DNA of 64,000 nt from Candidatus Omnitrophota bacterium (GTDB lineage: Bacteria; Omnitrophota; Gorgyraeia; Gygaellales; Profunditerraquicolaceae), in NCBI GenBank assembly GCA_041662125.1, contig JBAZTA010000002.1:268154-332153 (forward strand), written 5' to 3'. Under the pieces are notes generated by a model that searched no databases, was not told the DNA's origin, and saw only the letters and a program-made list of their open reading frames with translations. Positions 18,750 to 27,903 of the stretch are shown here, one piece after another; the stretch's first letter is position 1; every line of letters begins with the position of its first letter. The position numbers and the translations under genes are program-made.

Positions 18750-19100
18750 AGATAATTACTCCAACAGCTAAGCACTTCGGAAATTCTTCCGCTTCGCTCC
18801 ATAATTTCCTCGTAGCTGATTGGAGTTTGCGGCAGAAAGCCGCATACCGGCGCAATTCCGATTAGCGCCGGGTGACACTAGATAAAAAAGCAGTAGGTGC
18901 TCAAGCTTTCCCTCGTTTAAGCGCTCGGCAATCATTTATGCCAAGGTGTCTACTCCACCTCGTAAGCGCACGAGAAATTTCTTCGAAATTTCTTTCGTGC
19001 ACTCGGTGGAGTTTCGCTGAATAAGGCTTTAAGGTGCTCAAAAGTCAATAAAAAGGGGAAAGAGCCGATTTACCCTTGATGAACATTTGGTTATACTACG
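18750..19100. repeat. hairpin-rich non-coding region with two related about 70-nt imperfect palindromic units
   Basis: Unit A near 18764..18835 and unit B near 18950..19015. Both begin tactcca and end tggagttt(c)gc. GtgctcaaG occurs twice, and there are internal GC hairpins at 18829..18843 and 18848..18870. Confidence 0.5.
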
Positions 19101-19151
19101 TATGGTGTGTAGTGAAGGAAAAAAAGTGATCTCTCAGTTTTGGGTGTAAAG

Positions 19152-19811
19152 ATGAAAAAGTTTATTCTTGTCATGGCAGCGTGCTGCTTATTAACGGGGT
19201 GCGCGACATATTACCACGTGAAAGTTAATGGCTATTTGGATTCTTCCTGGCCGCAGCAGCATTTGAGGACCGGTTCGAGCTTTTGTGTGTTAGCAAATAA
19301 AAACGCACGTAATCCTATCCTTGAAACCGAGATAAAATCAAAGATCGAGTCATTGCTTATCCGCCAGGGGTACCTGATCGCTGCCTATGAAAAAGCTGAT
19401 TTCTACTTATCTTTTATGTATACCATGAGCTCGGGAAGAGTTGTTTCTGATTTTAAGCCTGTTTTTTATCCTGCGGAGGTGGGGACTATTCGTACCTATG
19501 ATTCAGAAGGAAAACCTTCAGTTTCAACGGTGACATATCCCGGGTATACGGCGTATGTCCCTTCCCGGTCTACCGTATATACGTCATCACTGATGTTGGA
19601 AGTTTTGGATGCAGGGTTACTGCGTAATACGAAAGAAGAGAAAAAGATCTGGATCGGGGATGTTTCTTATACGGGAGAAACGGCTGATTTACGAGTTGTG
19701 GTTAATTATTTGTTAGCTGCCGTTTTTGGCCGCTTTGGAGAGAATACCGGTAAGATGGTCGCTGTTGATATAAAAGAATCAGAACTTCGCGAAAAAGGGA
19801 TTATACAATGA
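19152..19811 (+). CDS. hypothetical lipoprotein
   Basis: Signal peptide with lipobox LTGC. Confidence 0.6.
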   Translation: MKKFILVMAACCLLTGCATYYHVKVNGYLDSSWPQQHLRTGSSFCVLANKNARNPILETEIKSKIESLLIRQGYLIAAYEKADFYLSFMYTMSSGRVVSDFKPVFYPAEVGTIRTYDSEGKPSVSTVTYPGYTAYVPSRSTVYTSSLMLEVLDAGLLRNTKEEKKIWIGDVSYTGETADLRVVVNYLLAAVFGRFGENTGKMVAVDIKESELREKGIIQ

Positions 19812-19882
19812 GTGGTGATAGTTTAAATGCGTATGAGTATTTTGAAAGGTCTTTAGAAAATCGGGTCGGGGAGGGTGCGCAT

Positions 19883-20260
19883 ATGAATAAAAAGGTTTTA
19901 GTCATAGATGATGATAAGGAATTCTTGGAAGAGATCAAAGAGACCTTAGCATTAAGCGGATATGATGTCGTGGAAGTCAATGACCCTGTATTAGCGATCG
20001 ATGTGGCAACAAAGATCAATCCGGATGTTGTTCTTCTTGACCTTAAGATGCCGGGGAAAAGCGGCTTTCAGGTCGCTGATGAATTAAAGCATTTTTCTGC
20101 ATTGACCAATATCCCGATTATTATCATGACCGGGTATTTTAAAGATGATTACTTGCCGCTTTTAAATATTTGCGGGATTAAAAAATGCCTTAAGAAACCG
20201 TTTCATCCGTTAGATATTATTGCCCAGATAGAGACGGTATTGAGTGAAAATAGTGTTTAG
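19883..20260 (+). CDS. single-domain response regulator (CheY-like receiver)
   Basis: VLVIDDD...LLDLKMPGKSGF...K receiver motifs and no output domain. GGGGAGGG RBS. Confidence 0.8.
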   Translation: MNKKVLVIDDDKEFLEEIKETLALSGYDVVEVNDPVLAIDVATKINPDVVLLDLKMPGKSGFQVADELKHFSALTNIPIIIMTGYFKDDYLPLLNICGIKKCLKKPFHPLDIIAQIETVLSENSV

Positions 20261-20326
20261 CGTGACACCCCGCGCTAATCGGCACCCCGCCTTATAGGAA
20301 AGGCGGGTACGCCGTTTTCTCGGCAG

Positions 20327-20362
20327 TATTGCGCGGGTATGTCGCTTTCTGCGACAAAGGAG
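20327..20362 (+). promoter_or_regulatory. conserved regulatory motif, copy 1 (tattgcgcgggtaTGTCGCtttctGCGACAaaggag)
   Basis: Near-identical to the sequence at 29755..29790. It contains the perfect palindrome TGTCGC-N5-GCGACA at 20340..20356, abutting the SD of the superoxide reductase gene. Confidence 0.6.
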
Positions 20363-20367
20363 AATTT

Positions 20368-20766
20368 ATGATGCCTGATTTCAAAGATCTTTTTCAGAAT
20401 GCTGATTGGAAAAAAGAAAAACATGTCCCGGTCATTGAATGTGTTGAGAAAGCCAAGAAAGGCCAGGCGATAGTTGTTTCAATAAGTGTCGGTAAGGAAA
20501 TCCCTCATCCTCATACGACCGCGCATCATATCCGCTGGATAGGCCTTTATTTCCAGCCGGAAGGGGAAAAGTTTCCCTGTCAGCTCGCTCATTTTGAGCT
20601 GAGCGCCCATGGGGAGTCTGGCCAGGGAGCGGATACCTCGAGTGTTTATACCAATCCTGAGGTGACGGTTAGATTTAAAACTGAAAAACCGGGGATGCTT
20701 TTTGCTTCTTCATATTGTAATATCCATGGGCTGTGGCAAAGTGCTATGGCTGTAATGATCGAATAA
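20368..20766 (+). CDS. superoxide reductase (neelaredoxin/1Fe-SOR type)
   Basis: EKHVPVIE motif, His ligands, and the C-terminal CNIHGLW motif. The ORF-track TTG-initiated N-terminal extension is an artefact of the upstream motif. Confidence 0.85.
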   Translation: MMPDFKDLFQNADWKKEKHVPVIECVEKAKKGQAIVVSISVGKEIPHPHTTAHHIRWIGLYFQPEGEKFPCQLAHFELSAHGESGQGADTSSVYTNPEVTVRFKTEKPGMLFASSYCNIHGLWQSAMAVMIE

Positions 20767-20799
20767 AATAATGAGTAACTATAAGAAAGGAGCTTTACG

Positions 20800-21243
20800 A
20801 TGGCTACTCTTAAAGAAAAATTAGTGGAGATGCTTAATAAAGCGCTTATGTTAGAACATGCAGCTCGCATACAATATCTTGCGCACGTAGAACTGATTAA
20901 AGGATTGGCCGGGGAAGTGGTTATTGCCCGCCTTAAAGAGATAGCTTCGGATGAAGAGAAGCATGAAGGAAAGTTCCGTAACTTGATAGGCGGTTACCTG
21001 GGCGGGGAGCCGGTCATGGAGCTTTCTGAAACCCATAGCGCCAAAGAAATAAAAAAGATCCTTGAGGTCAATCTTAAAGGTGAACAGGATGCTATTACGT
21101 TTTATAAACAAATTTATAAAACGGTGCTTGATAATAAAGATAGTCTGCCCTATGTCTTTGAAACGCTTGAACATGAAATACGGCATGTTATTATTGATGA
21201 GCAAGAGCATGTTGTCGAGCTTTCCCTGCTGCTAGGCATATAA
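20800..21243 (+). CDS. ferritin-like diiron-carboxylate protein (rubrerythrin/bacterioferritin-like fold)
   Basis: Paired E-x-x-H helices (LEHAARIQY..., EQEHVVEL) and an AAGGAG RBS. Confidence 0.6.
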   Translation: MATLKEKLVEMLNKALMLEHAARIQYLAHVELIKGLAGEVVIARLKEIASDEEKHEGKFRNLIGGYLGGEPVMELSETHSAKEIKKILEVNLKGEQDAITFYKQIYKTVLDNKDSLPYVFETLEHEIRHVIIDEQEHVVELSLLLGI

Positions 21244-21344
21244 CGGGTTCCGGCAGCCTGGGCGTGCGGTGAGATTATTGTACCAAAATGCAGCTGTTGC
21301 AAGATGCAATGCATGTGTTTAGAAATCGTGATTTTAGGGTACTG

Positions 21345-21386
21345 ATGCAACTTTCTTTTGCAAGTCAGGGAAGTTGCATTTTTTAG
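21345..21386 (+). terminator. terminator/attenuator-like hairpin 20 nt upstream of the hybrid kinase gene
   Basis: A 10-bp perfect stem atgcaacttc/gaagttgcat (21345..21354 with 21370..21379) followed by TTTTTT. Confidence 0.5.
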
Positions 21387-21404
21387 TAAGTATTGAGAAA
21401 GGCC

Positions 21405-24400
21405 ATGAAAAAATACAGGGTTTTGATAGTTGAAGATAATAGTATCGTTGCTAAAGATTTAGAGAAAAGCTTATTGAGTTTTGGCTATAGAGTCTTGAAG
21501 CCTGTAGCTACCGGAGAAGCTGTTCTTGAGGCAGTCCAACAAGGAAAGCCGGATCTGGTACTCATGGATATAAAACTCAAGGGTGCCATGGATGGGATTG
21601 CTGCCGTTAAACAAGTCCGCTCCCGGTTTAATATTCCGGTGATTTATTTGACTGCTTTTGCGGATGATAAAATCTTGAAACGGGCAAAGATCACGGGGCC
21701 CTATGGGTACATTATTAAACCGTTTGAAGAGAAAGAATTAAAGGTTGCCATAGAAATGGCACTTTATAAGGTAAAAATGGAACAGCAGTTGAAAGAAAGC
21801 GAAGAGCGCTACCGGGAGATCGTTGAGCATCAGCGAGAACTTATTTGCCGGTGGCTGCCGAACAAGAAATTAACCTTTGTGAATGAATACTATTGCCGGT
21901 ATTTTGGCAAAAGCCGGGATGAATTGCTCGGCAAAAGTTTTATCCAGGGGGTTTCAAGCGAAGACCAAGATAAGCTGGAAAAGTTTGTTAAGGCCTTAAG
22001 CCTCAAGAATCCTGTCGGGATGCTCGAATGCCGGGTTTTTCCTTTAACAGGACAGGTTTGCTGGCAGCAATGGATCATTCATGCGATCATCGATTCTCGA
22101 GGGGAGGTAGCCGAATATCAGGCTGTCGGCCGCGATATAACCGAATCTAAAAAGATAGAGGTTGAACGCCAGGAATATATAGAGAAAGTGCAGCAGCTTT
22201 CTTTGGAAACAAAAAAGCATTCTGAGGAGCTCGATACGATCTTTGCCGCTGTGGCAGACCCGCTCTTGATCTATGATCAGCAAGGGACCGTGGTTAAAGC
22301 CAATAAAGCCGCAATCGACGCTTTGGGGTTCGACCCGACTGAATTAAGCGATCAAAACTTGCTTGAGAAGATTTCCCTTTCTTTTGTGAATGGGAAAAAG
22401 CTTACTCCCCAGGACATGCTTTCCGAACGCGCGCTCCGGGGAGAGGTCATTAATAATATCCGTTTTTTGTTTAAAGACCTGCGTGGCAATGATCACGCGG
22501 TCCTGGGGTCTGGAGCGGCGTTTTACAGTAAAGATCAGATCGTTGGGGCTGTTGTTGTCTGGCATGATATTACTGAGCGTTACCGTTTTGAGGAGTTATT
22601 GAAGAAATCAGAAGAGCGTTACCGGTTTCTCTATGAAGAAAGCCATGCCTTTAATATCGTGCTTGGGCTTGATGAAAGAATAAAGGATATTAATAAAGCT
22701 GTTTTACATGAATTGGGGTACCGTAGGGAAGAAGTTATCGGTAGGCCCGTTCTTGATTTTATTATTGCTGAACAGCGGGAGAAGATCAAGAAAAACCTCC
22801 AAGCTGCGGTCGCGGGAGAGGCCAATAAGGGGATGGATGTTTCTGTGTATGCCAAGGATAATTCCCTCCATATTATCATGTTTTCTGCCGGAAACGCCAT
22901 GGTGTATGAATATGGCGTTTTGACCGGAGTCATTTTTACCGGTATAGATATCACTCAGCGTAAAAAAACGGAAATTGCTTTGCGTAAAGCCCATGATGAA
23001 TTGGAAGTGCAGGTGGTTGAACGCACGGTTGACTTGCGGGCACTGAATAAGCAACTGACTCAGGAGATATCCGAACGTAAAGAAATAGAAAAGCGTATAC
23101 AGATCAGTAACGCGGTTTTAAAGCTGTTAATCAGGACGTCTTCGCAAAGCGATTACCTGTCCCGGGTTGTTAAATTGATCCGGGGGGTCACACACTGCCG
23201 ATGTGCCGGTATTCGGATCCTCTCCAATGATGGCCAGGTCCCGTATAAATCTTCGATTGGTTTTAGCGAAGACTTTTGGAATTCTGAAAACAACCTTTCG
23301 ATCAATACAGATGATTGTATATGCCTGCGGGTGATTACCGGCAGTTTGCTTCCTCAGGATGCCCCGGGAAAGATTTTCGAGAAAGCGTTTCTCTGTAATA
23401 ATATGGGTGTTTTTACGGCGGGGCTTTCTGAGGCGGAAAGGCAAAAGTTCCGGGGTAAATGCGTTGAGAGCGGTTTTTCTACTATCGCGGTTATTCCTAT
23501 TTATTACCAGGAGCAAGTGATCGGGGCGATTCATTTGGCTGATGAGGAGCAAAATAAAATCCCTCTTGCGTTGGCGCAGTTTATTCAGGGATTAACGGTT
23601 TTAATCGGCGAAGGGATACATAAATTCAGTTTATATGATGAGCTGCAACAGACCAATGAAATGCTGGAGAAGATGTATGCGACAAGTAATTTCCTGATCG
23701 CGTATCTGGATACCCATTTTAACTTTCTCCGCGTCAACCAGGCTTTTTGGCAGTTGGATGGTACTTCTCCCGAATTTTACGTCGGAAAGAATTATTTTGA
23801 TTTATTTCCTAACGAAGAAAACAAATTGATCTTTACTAAAGTTTTAGAAACCGGAGAAACGTATTCGGCTTACGCAGAGACTCTGGTTAACGGCGTGGAT
23901 CCCGGGGAAGTAAAGACGTATTGGGATTGGAGCCTGCAGCCTGTCAAAGATTCTGCCGGCAGTATAGAAGGATTATTGTTTATTTTGGTGGATGTTACCT
24001 CGCGTAAACTTGCTGAAGGAGAATTAGCGAAAACGCAGAAAGAATTAGCAGAGGCTAAGCATTTATCCGTCATTGGCATGCTTGCGGCAACTGTTGCCCA
24101 TGAACTGAGGAATCCGCTTGGTGTTATTCGTACTGCCGCATATAATATACGCAGGAAGACGCTCAATAGCCCTTTCCTGGAAAGCCATCTTGGTAATATT
24201 GAAAAGAAAGTCATTGAGTCTGATCAGATCATCAGTAATTTGTTGTTTTATTCCCGGATTAAAATGCCGCGATATGAGCAGGTGAATTTATGCGGCATTC
24301 TTGAAGAATGCGTGGCCACGGCAAAGAATAATTTTCCGAAGGCAAAAGTTGCCTTGAAGAAAAATTTTTCAGGTGTTCACGGATTATATATAGAGGTCGA

Positions 24401-24749
24401 TCCGTTGCAGATCAAAGAAGTTTTTAGTAATATATTGAATAACGCGTATCAGGCCTTGCCCGATGAAAAAGGGAAGATTGAAGTTGAAGCTGCCCTTGAT
24501 GATCTCTCCGGAATGGTGAGTGTAAGTTTTATTGATAGTGGCGTGGGGATTGATCCGGAAAACCTGCAAAAATTAGCTGAGCCGTTCTTTACGACAAAAA
24601 CTAAAGGAACAGGGTTGGGCCTTACGGTGTGTTATCATATCGTTAATCTGCATGGGGGTAAATTAGAAGTAAAAAGCCAGAAAGGGCATACGGTTTTTAC
24701 CGTGAAGCTGCCCCTTAAGCAAAAGCGCGCGGGTGAGGGTAACGTTTAA
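21405..24749 (+). CDS. hybrid sensor histidine kinase (N-terminal REC, multiple PAS, GAF, PAS, HisKA, HATPase_c)
   Basis: N-terminal receiver (RVLIVEDN...LVLMDIKLKGAMDGI), several PAS-like blocks, a GAF-like region, H-box AHELRNPLGVI, and G-boxes GTGLGL. Confidence 0.9.
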   Translation: MKKYRVLIVEDNSIVAKDLEKSLLSFGYRVLKPVATGEAVLEAVQQGKPDLVLMDIKLKGAMDGIAAVKQVRSRFNIPVIYLTAFADDKILKRAKITGPYGYIIKPFEEKELKVAIEMALYKVKMEQQLKESEERYREIVEHQRELICRWLPNKKLTFVNEYYCRYFGKSRDELLGKSFIQGVSSEDQDKLEKFVKALSLKNPVGMLECRVFPLTGQVCWQQWIIHAIIDSRGEVAEYQAVGRDITESKKIEVERQEYIEKVQQLSLETKKHSEELDTIFAAVADPLLIYDQQGTVVKANKAAIDALGFDPTELSDQNLLEKISLSFVNGKKLTPQDMLSERALRGEVINNIRFLFKDLRGNDHAVLGSGAAFYSKDQIVGAVVVWHDITERYRFEELLKKSEERYRFLYEESHAFNIVLGLDERIKDINKAVLHELGYRREEVIGRPVLDFIIAEQREKIKKNLQAAVAGEANKGMDVSVYAKDNSLHIIMFSAGNAMVYEYGVLTGVIFTGIDITQRKKTEIALRKAHDELEVQVVERTVDLRALNKQLTQEISERKEIEKRIQISNAVLKLLIRTSSQSDYLSRVVKLIRGVTHCRCAGIRILSNDGQVPYKSSIGFSEDFWNSENNLSINTDDCICLRVITGSLLPQDAPGKIFEKAFLCNNMGVFTAGLSEAERQKFRGKCVESGFSTIAVIPIYYQEQVIGAIHLADEEQNKIPLALAQFIQGLTVLIGEGIHKFSLYDELQQTNEMLEKMYATSNFLIAYLDTHFNFLRVNQAFWQLDGTSPEFYVGKNYFDLFPNEENKLIFTKVLETGETYSAYAETLVNGVDPGEVKTYWDWSLQPVKDSAGSIEGLLFILVDVTSRKLAEGELAKTQKELAEAKHLSVIGMLAATVAHELRNPLGVIRTAAYNIRRKTLNSPFLESHLGNIEKKVIESDQIISNLLFYSRIKMPRYEQVNLCGILEECVATAKNNFPKAKVALKKNFSGVHGLYIEVDPLQIKEVFSNILNNAYQALPDEKGKIEVEAALDDLSGMVSVSFIDSGVGIDPENLQKLAEPFFTTKTKGTGLGLTVCYHIVNLHGGKLEVKSQKGHTVFTVKLPLKQKRAGEGNV

Positions 24750-24755
24750 GGTGTG

Positions 24756-25160
24756 ATGATGAATAAAGGCAAAAAGCGGGTCCTGATTGTTGACGATGAT
24801 GAAGAAATGTGCGAGGAAATGGGCGAAATCCTTAAGGGGGAAGGCTTTTTGGTTGACGCGGTATTTAACGGCCTGGATGCAGAGAAGATCATGGAACAGA
24901 ATCGGCATGACCTGGTCCTGCTTGATATGAAATTACCAGGGGTTCTCGGTACTGAAATCCTCAGGATCGCTAAAGCGATAAAGGGTGGGGCGAAGATCCT
25001 GGTGATGAGCGGAAGTGATATTGTCACCCGGTTTAAGGAAGAAAGTGAAGCAGCTATTCCCGGAAGCCAGGAGGCATTGTTACAGCTTGCCGATGGGATC
25101 ATCAGCAAGCCTTTTAAAATCGAGGATATACTCTTAAAAGTAAAAGGATTATTGCGGTAA
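24756..25160 (+). CDS. single-domain response regulator (receiver only)
   Basis: RVLIVDDDEEM...LVLLDMKLPG...K receiver motifs, immediately downstream of the hybrid kinase. Confidence 0.8.
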   Translation: MMNKGKKRVLIVDDDEEMCEEMGEILKGEGFLVDAVFNGLDAEKIMEQNRHDLVLLDMKLPGVLGTEILRIAKAIKGGAKILVMSGSDIVTRFKEESEAAIPGSQEALLQLADGIISKPFKIEDILLKVKGLLR

Positions 25161-25221
25161 CGTTTGGGAGCCCTGAGGAGCAGGAATACATCATTGATGA
25201 GTATATAATAAAGGAGAATTA

Positions 25222-26079
25222 ATGGATAGAAAAATAACTTTTCAAGCTAAACCGCTTCATCTTATCGGCAGGAATGTGATCGAGGGAAGCTATGCCCCTG
25301 ATTTTAAGGTTTCTGATGCCGATTTGAATGAAATCAATTTGCAGGGATTGGGCGATACCGTAAAAATAATCAATTCTTTTCCGTCTTTGGATACTCCGGT
25401 TTGTGATATGCAGGTTAAAGAATTCAATAAACAAGCAATGAGTTTGTCTTCTGATGTTATTATTGCCGGTGTGAGCATGGATTTGCCGTTTGCGCAAAAA
25501 AGGTTCTGCGAGAGTAATACTATTAAGAATATCAAGGTGTTTTCTGATTATAGGTCGGCGTCGTTTGGCATAAATTATGGGTTATTGATACGAGAGCTTA
25601 ACCTTTTAGCCAGGGCAGTTATTATTATCGATAAGCAAAGAATTGTCCGGTATATGCAGATTGTCAGACAGTTGGAGCGGTTCCCTGACTATGCGGATGT
25701 CTTAAAAGGCCTTGATGAAGTGCTCCTTCATCCTGTGGCTGCCTCAACGCAAGGCGCAGTATCGGGGTGTAAGCCCTGTGAGGCGGCCAGCGGCCTGTTG
25801 GATAAAACAACGCTTCAGGCGATGGTTCTTCAGAATAAAGGCTGGCAGCTTGTAGATGATAAAAAGCTCAGGAAAGAATTTAAGTTTAAGGATTTCTCTT
25901 TCGTAAAGTTTTTTGTCGATATCCTTTCTGCCATCGCAGAAGAGCAGGGGCATCATCCGTCGATATCCATGCAGTATAATAAAGTTATTGTTACTCTGAC
26001 GACGCATGCTGCCGGCGGATTGACTGAGAATGACTTTATTCTCTCGCGCATTATTGACGAAATAATCCTTGAGGAGTAA
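25222..26079 (+). CDS. tpx: thiol peroxidase (Tpx, atypical 2-Cys peroxiredoxin) fused to a C-terminal pterin-4a-carbinolamine dehydratase-like domain
   Basis: Tpx blocks SFPSLDTPVC (peroxidatic Cys61) and FAQKRFC (resolving Cys96). The C-terminal approximately 90 aa carry the PCD/DCoH signature EEQGHHP...V.VTLTTHAAGGLTENDF. A CKPC motif sits in the linker. Confidence 0.8.
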   Translation: MDRKITFQAKPLHLIGRNVIEGSYAPDFKVSDADLNEINLQGLGDTVKIINSFPSLDTPVCDMQVKEFNKQAMSLSSDVIIAGVSMDLPFAQKRFCESNTIKNIKVFSDYRSASFGINYGLLIRELNLLARAVIIIDKQRIVRYMQIVRQLERFPDYADVLKGLDEVLLHPVAASTQGAVSGCKPCEAASGLLDKTTLQAMVLQNKGWQLVDDKKLRKEFKFKDFSFVKFFVDILSAIAEEQGHHPSISMQYNKVIVTLTTHAAGGLTENDFILSRIIDEIILEE

Positions 26080-26119
26080 AAAGCTTATTTAGTAAAAAAT
26101 GTGATATAATTACTGCTTA

Positions 26120-27025
26120 ATGAGTATTATTCATTTTCATCACCATCACTATCATAAGACAGAAAAGTTAGTCCGTTTACGGCTGGCGATAGTTTTGACG
26201 CTTGTGGGGACGGTCATAGAATTCGTTGGCGGATTTCTTTCAAATAGCCTTGCGCTGATTTCAGATGCCGGGCATATGGTGACGCATTTATTTGCGTTAG
26301 GCATGAGTTATTTCGCGATCCTTTTGTCTCTGCGGCCGTTAACCAAACAAAGGACCTATGGCTTTTACCGGGCAGAAGTTTTAGCCGCTTTCATCAATGG
26401 CATTGTTTTGATCCTTATTTCTGCGTATCTGGTCTACGAATCGATCCTGCGGTTTATTCATCCAGAAAAGATCAAGGTTGGAGAAATGCTTTTTGTCGCA
26501 GGCCTGGGATTGGTGATTAATGGCGTCAGTATGATATTATTAGCGAAAGTAAGCTCCCATGACCTCAATATAAAAAGCGCCTTTTTACATGAGATCGGAG
26601 ATATGTTCTCGAGTGTCGCGGTGGTCGCGGCGGGCATTATTATTTTTTATTCCGGTAATTATATCGTTGATCCGTTGTTGTCTTGTTTTATCTGTTTATT
26701 GATCGTTATCTGGGCAGTGCGTTTGATCATTGATTCTTCTGATATATTGCTGGAATCAACCCCAAAACATCTTGATATTGATGAGTTGATAAAGAGCGTT
26801 AAATTAAACGTTGCCGGTATCCATGATATGCATCATGTCCATGCCTGGACTATTGCTTCCAGTATGCATGCCTTGACCGCTCATGTGGTTGTTGACGATT
26901 GCCGGGTCAGCAGCGCCGGTGAGTTATTAAAACAGGTTAACGCGCTGCTCAAAGAGAAATTTCATATTGAGCATACCAATATTCAGTTTGAATGTTTAGT
27001 TAAAAAGGAGGGAGAGGTAACATGA
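26120..27025 (+). CDS. cation diffusion facilitator family transporter
   Basis: His-rich N-terminus, six TM segments with conserved HxxxD-type sites, and a C-terminal cytoplasmic domain. Confidence 0.85.
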   Translation: MSIIHFHHHHYHKTEKLVRLRLAIVLTLVGTVIEFVGGFLSNSLALISDAGHMVTHLFALGMSYFAILLSLRPLTKQRTYGFYRAEVLAAFINGIVLILISAYLVYESILRFIHPEKIKVGEMLFVAGLGLVINGVSMILLAKVSSHDLNIKSAFLHEIGDMFSSVAVVAAGIIIFYSGNYIVDPLLSCFICLLIVIWAVRLIIDSSDILLESTPKHLDIDELIKSVKLNVAGIHDMHHVHAWTIASSMHALTAHVVVDDCRVSSAGELLKQVNALLKEKFHIEHTNIQFECLVKKEGEVT

Positions 27026-27180
27026 GTAAGTATAAGTGTTTGGTTTGCGGATATGTCTATGATCCTGCGGCAGGGGATGCGACCCAGGGCATTAAGCCGG
27101 GAACGCCGTTCGAGAAGCTTCCTGATAGTTGGGTTTGCCCTGAGTGCGGCGTAGGAAAAGACCAGTTTGAGAAGATCTAA
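27022..27180 (+). CDS. rubredoxin (52 aa)
   Basis: [15 protein letters not shown]...[14 protein letters not shown] with two CxxCG knuckles. ATGA-coupled to the CDF gene and missing from the ORF track (<60 aa). Confidence 0.85.
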   Translation: MSKYKCLVCGYVYDPAAGDATQGIKPGTPFEKLPDSWVCPECGVGKDQFEKI

Positions 27181-27194
27181 AACAAGATACTCCT

Positions 27195-27902
27195 ATGCCT
27201 CAAGAGTTGCACGCAAAGATCACAGAAGTTATTATCCGCACATATAATGTGAAAAGTTTCCGGCTCCAGGTTCCTGAACCAATAGATTTTAATGCGGGCC
27301 AGTTCCTCTGTGTGTGGTTGGATTCAGAGAAAAAATTAAAGCGGTATCTTTCAATATCGAATGCCCCTACGGAAAAAGGCTATCTGGAGTTCACTAAGAA
27401 GATCACGCAGAGTGATTTTTCCGTTCTTTTAGATACGCTTAAAGCCGGTGATATGGTTAAGATCCAGTACCCGCTTGGAAAATTTACTTTGGCTGCGGCG
27501 GGAGATTCTCCCGTGGCTTTTCTTTCCGGCGGTATTGGTATTACCCCGATACGCAGTATGTGTAAATATGCCGTTGATAAGAACCTGGGGAAAGGCCTTG
27601 TTTTGATATACGCTAACCGTTCAATAAACGATATTGTTTTTAAGGCTGATTTTGAACAAATGCAGGCAGAGTATCCGGGTTTAAAAGTTACCCATGTCCT
27701 TTGCGAGCCTGCTCCAGGATTCCGGTGTTCAGTAGGCTTGATCGATAGCCAGTTAATTAAGCGGGAAGTCCCCGATTATGCGGCGCGAAAATTTTATTTG
27801 TGCGGGCCGCCTGCGATGGTTGAGGCAATGAATAAGCTTTTAAGCCGGGATCTGGCATTGCCGAAAGAAAATATTATTACGGAAAACTTTACGGGTTATT
27901 AA
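27195..27902 (+). CDS. FAD/NAD(P)-binding oxidoreductase, FNR-like (candidate NAD(P)H:rubredoxin reductase)
   Basis: RYLSIS FAD-binding motif, a GGIGITP NAD-binding motif, and a position between rubredoxin and the flavodiiron protein. Confidence 0.7.
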   Translation: MPQELHAKITEVIIRTYNVKSFRLQVPEPIDFNAGQFLCVWLDSEKKLKRYLSISNAPTEKGYLEFTKKITQSDFSVLLDTLKAGDMVKIQYPLGKFTLAAAGDSPVAFLSGGIGITPIRSMCKYAVDKNLGKGLVLIYANRSINDIVFKADFEQMQAEYPGLKVTHVLCEPAPGFRCSVGLIDSQLIKREVPDYAARKFYLCGPPAMVEAMNKLLSRDLALPKENIITENFTGY

Positions 27903-27903
27903 G

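Noticed and set aside
20329-20367. ORF-track N-terminal extensions MRGYVAFCDKGEF (20329) and MRGCFAFCERRSI (29757), which look like a conserved peptide.
   Set aside because: Both initiate at TTG inside the conserved DNA motif and run into an in-frame ATG that has a proper SD. The peptide similarity is a by-product of DNA-level conservation, so the region was called regulatory instead.
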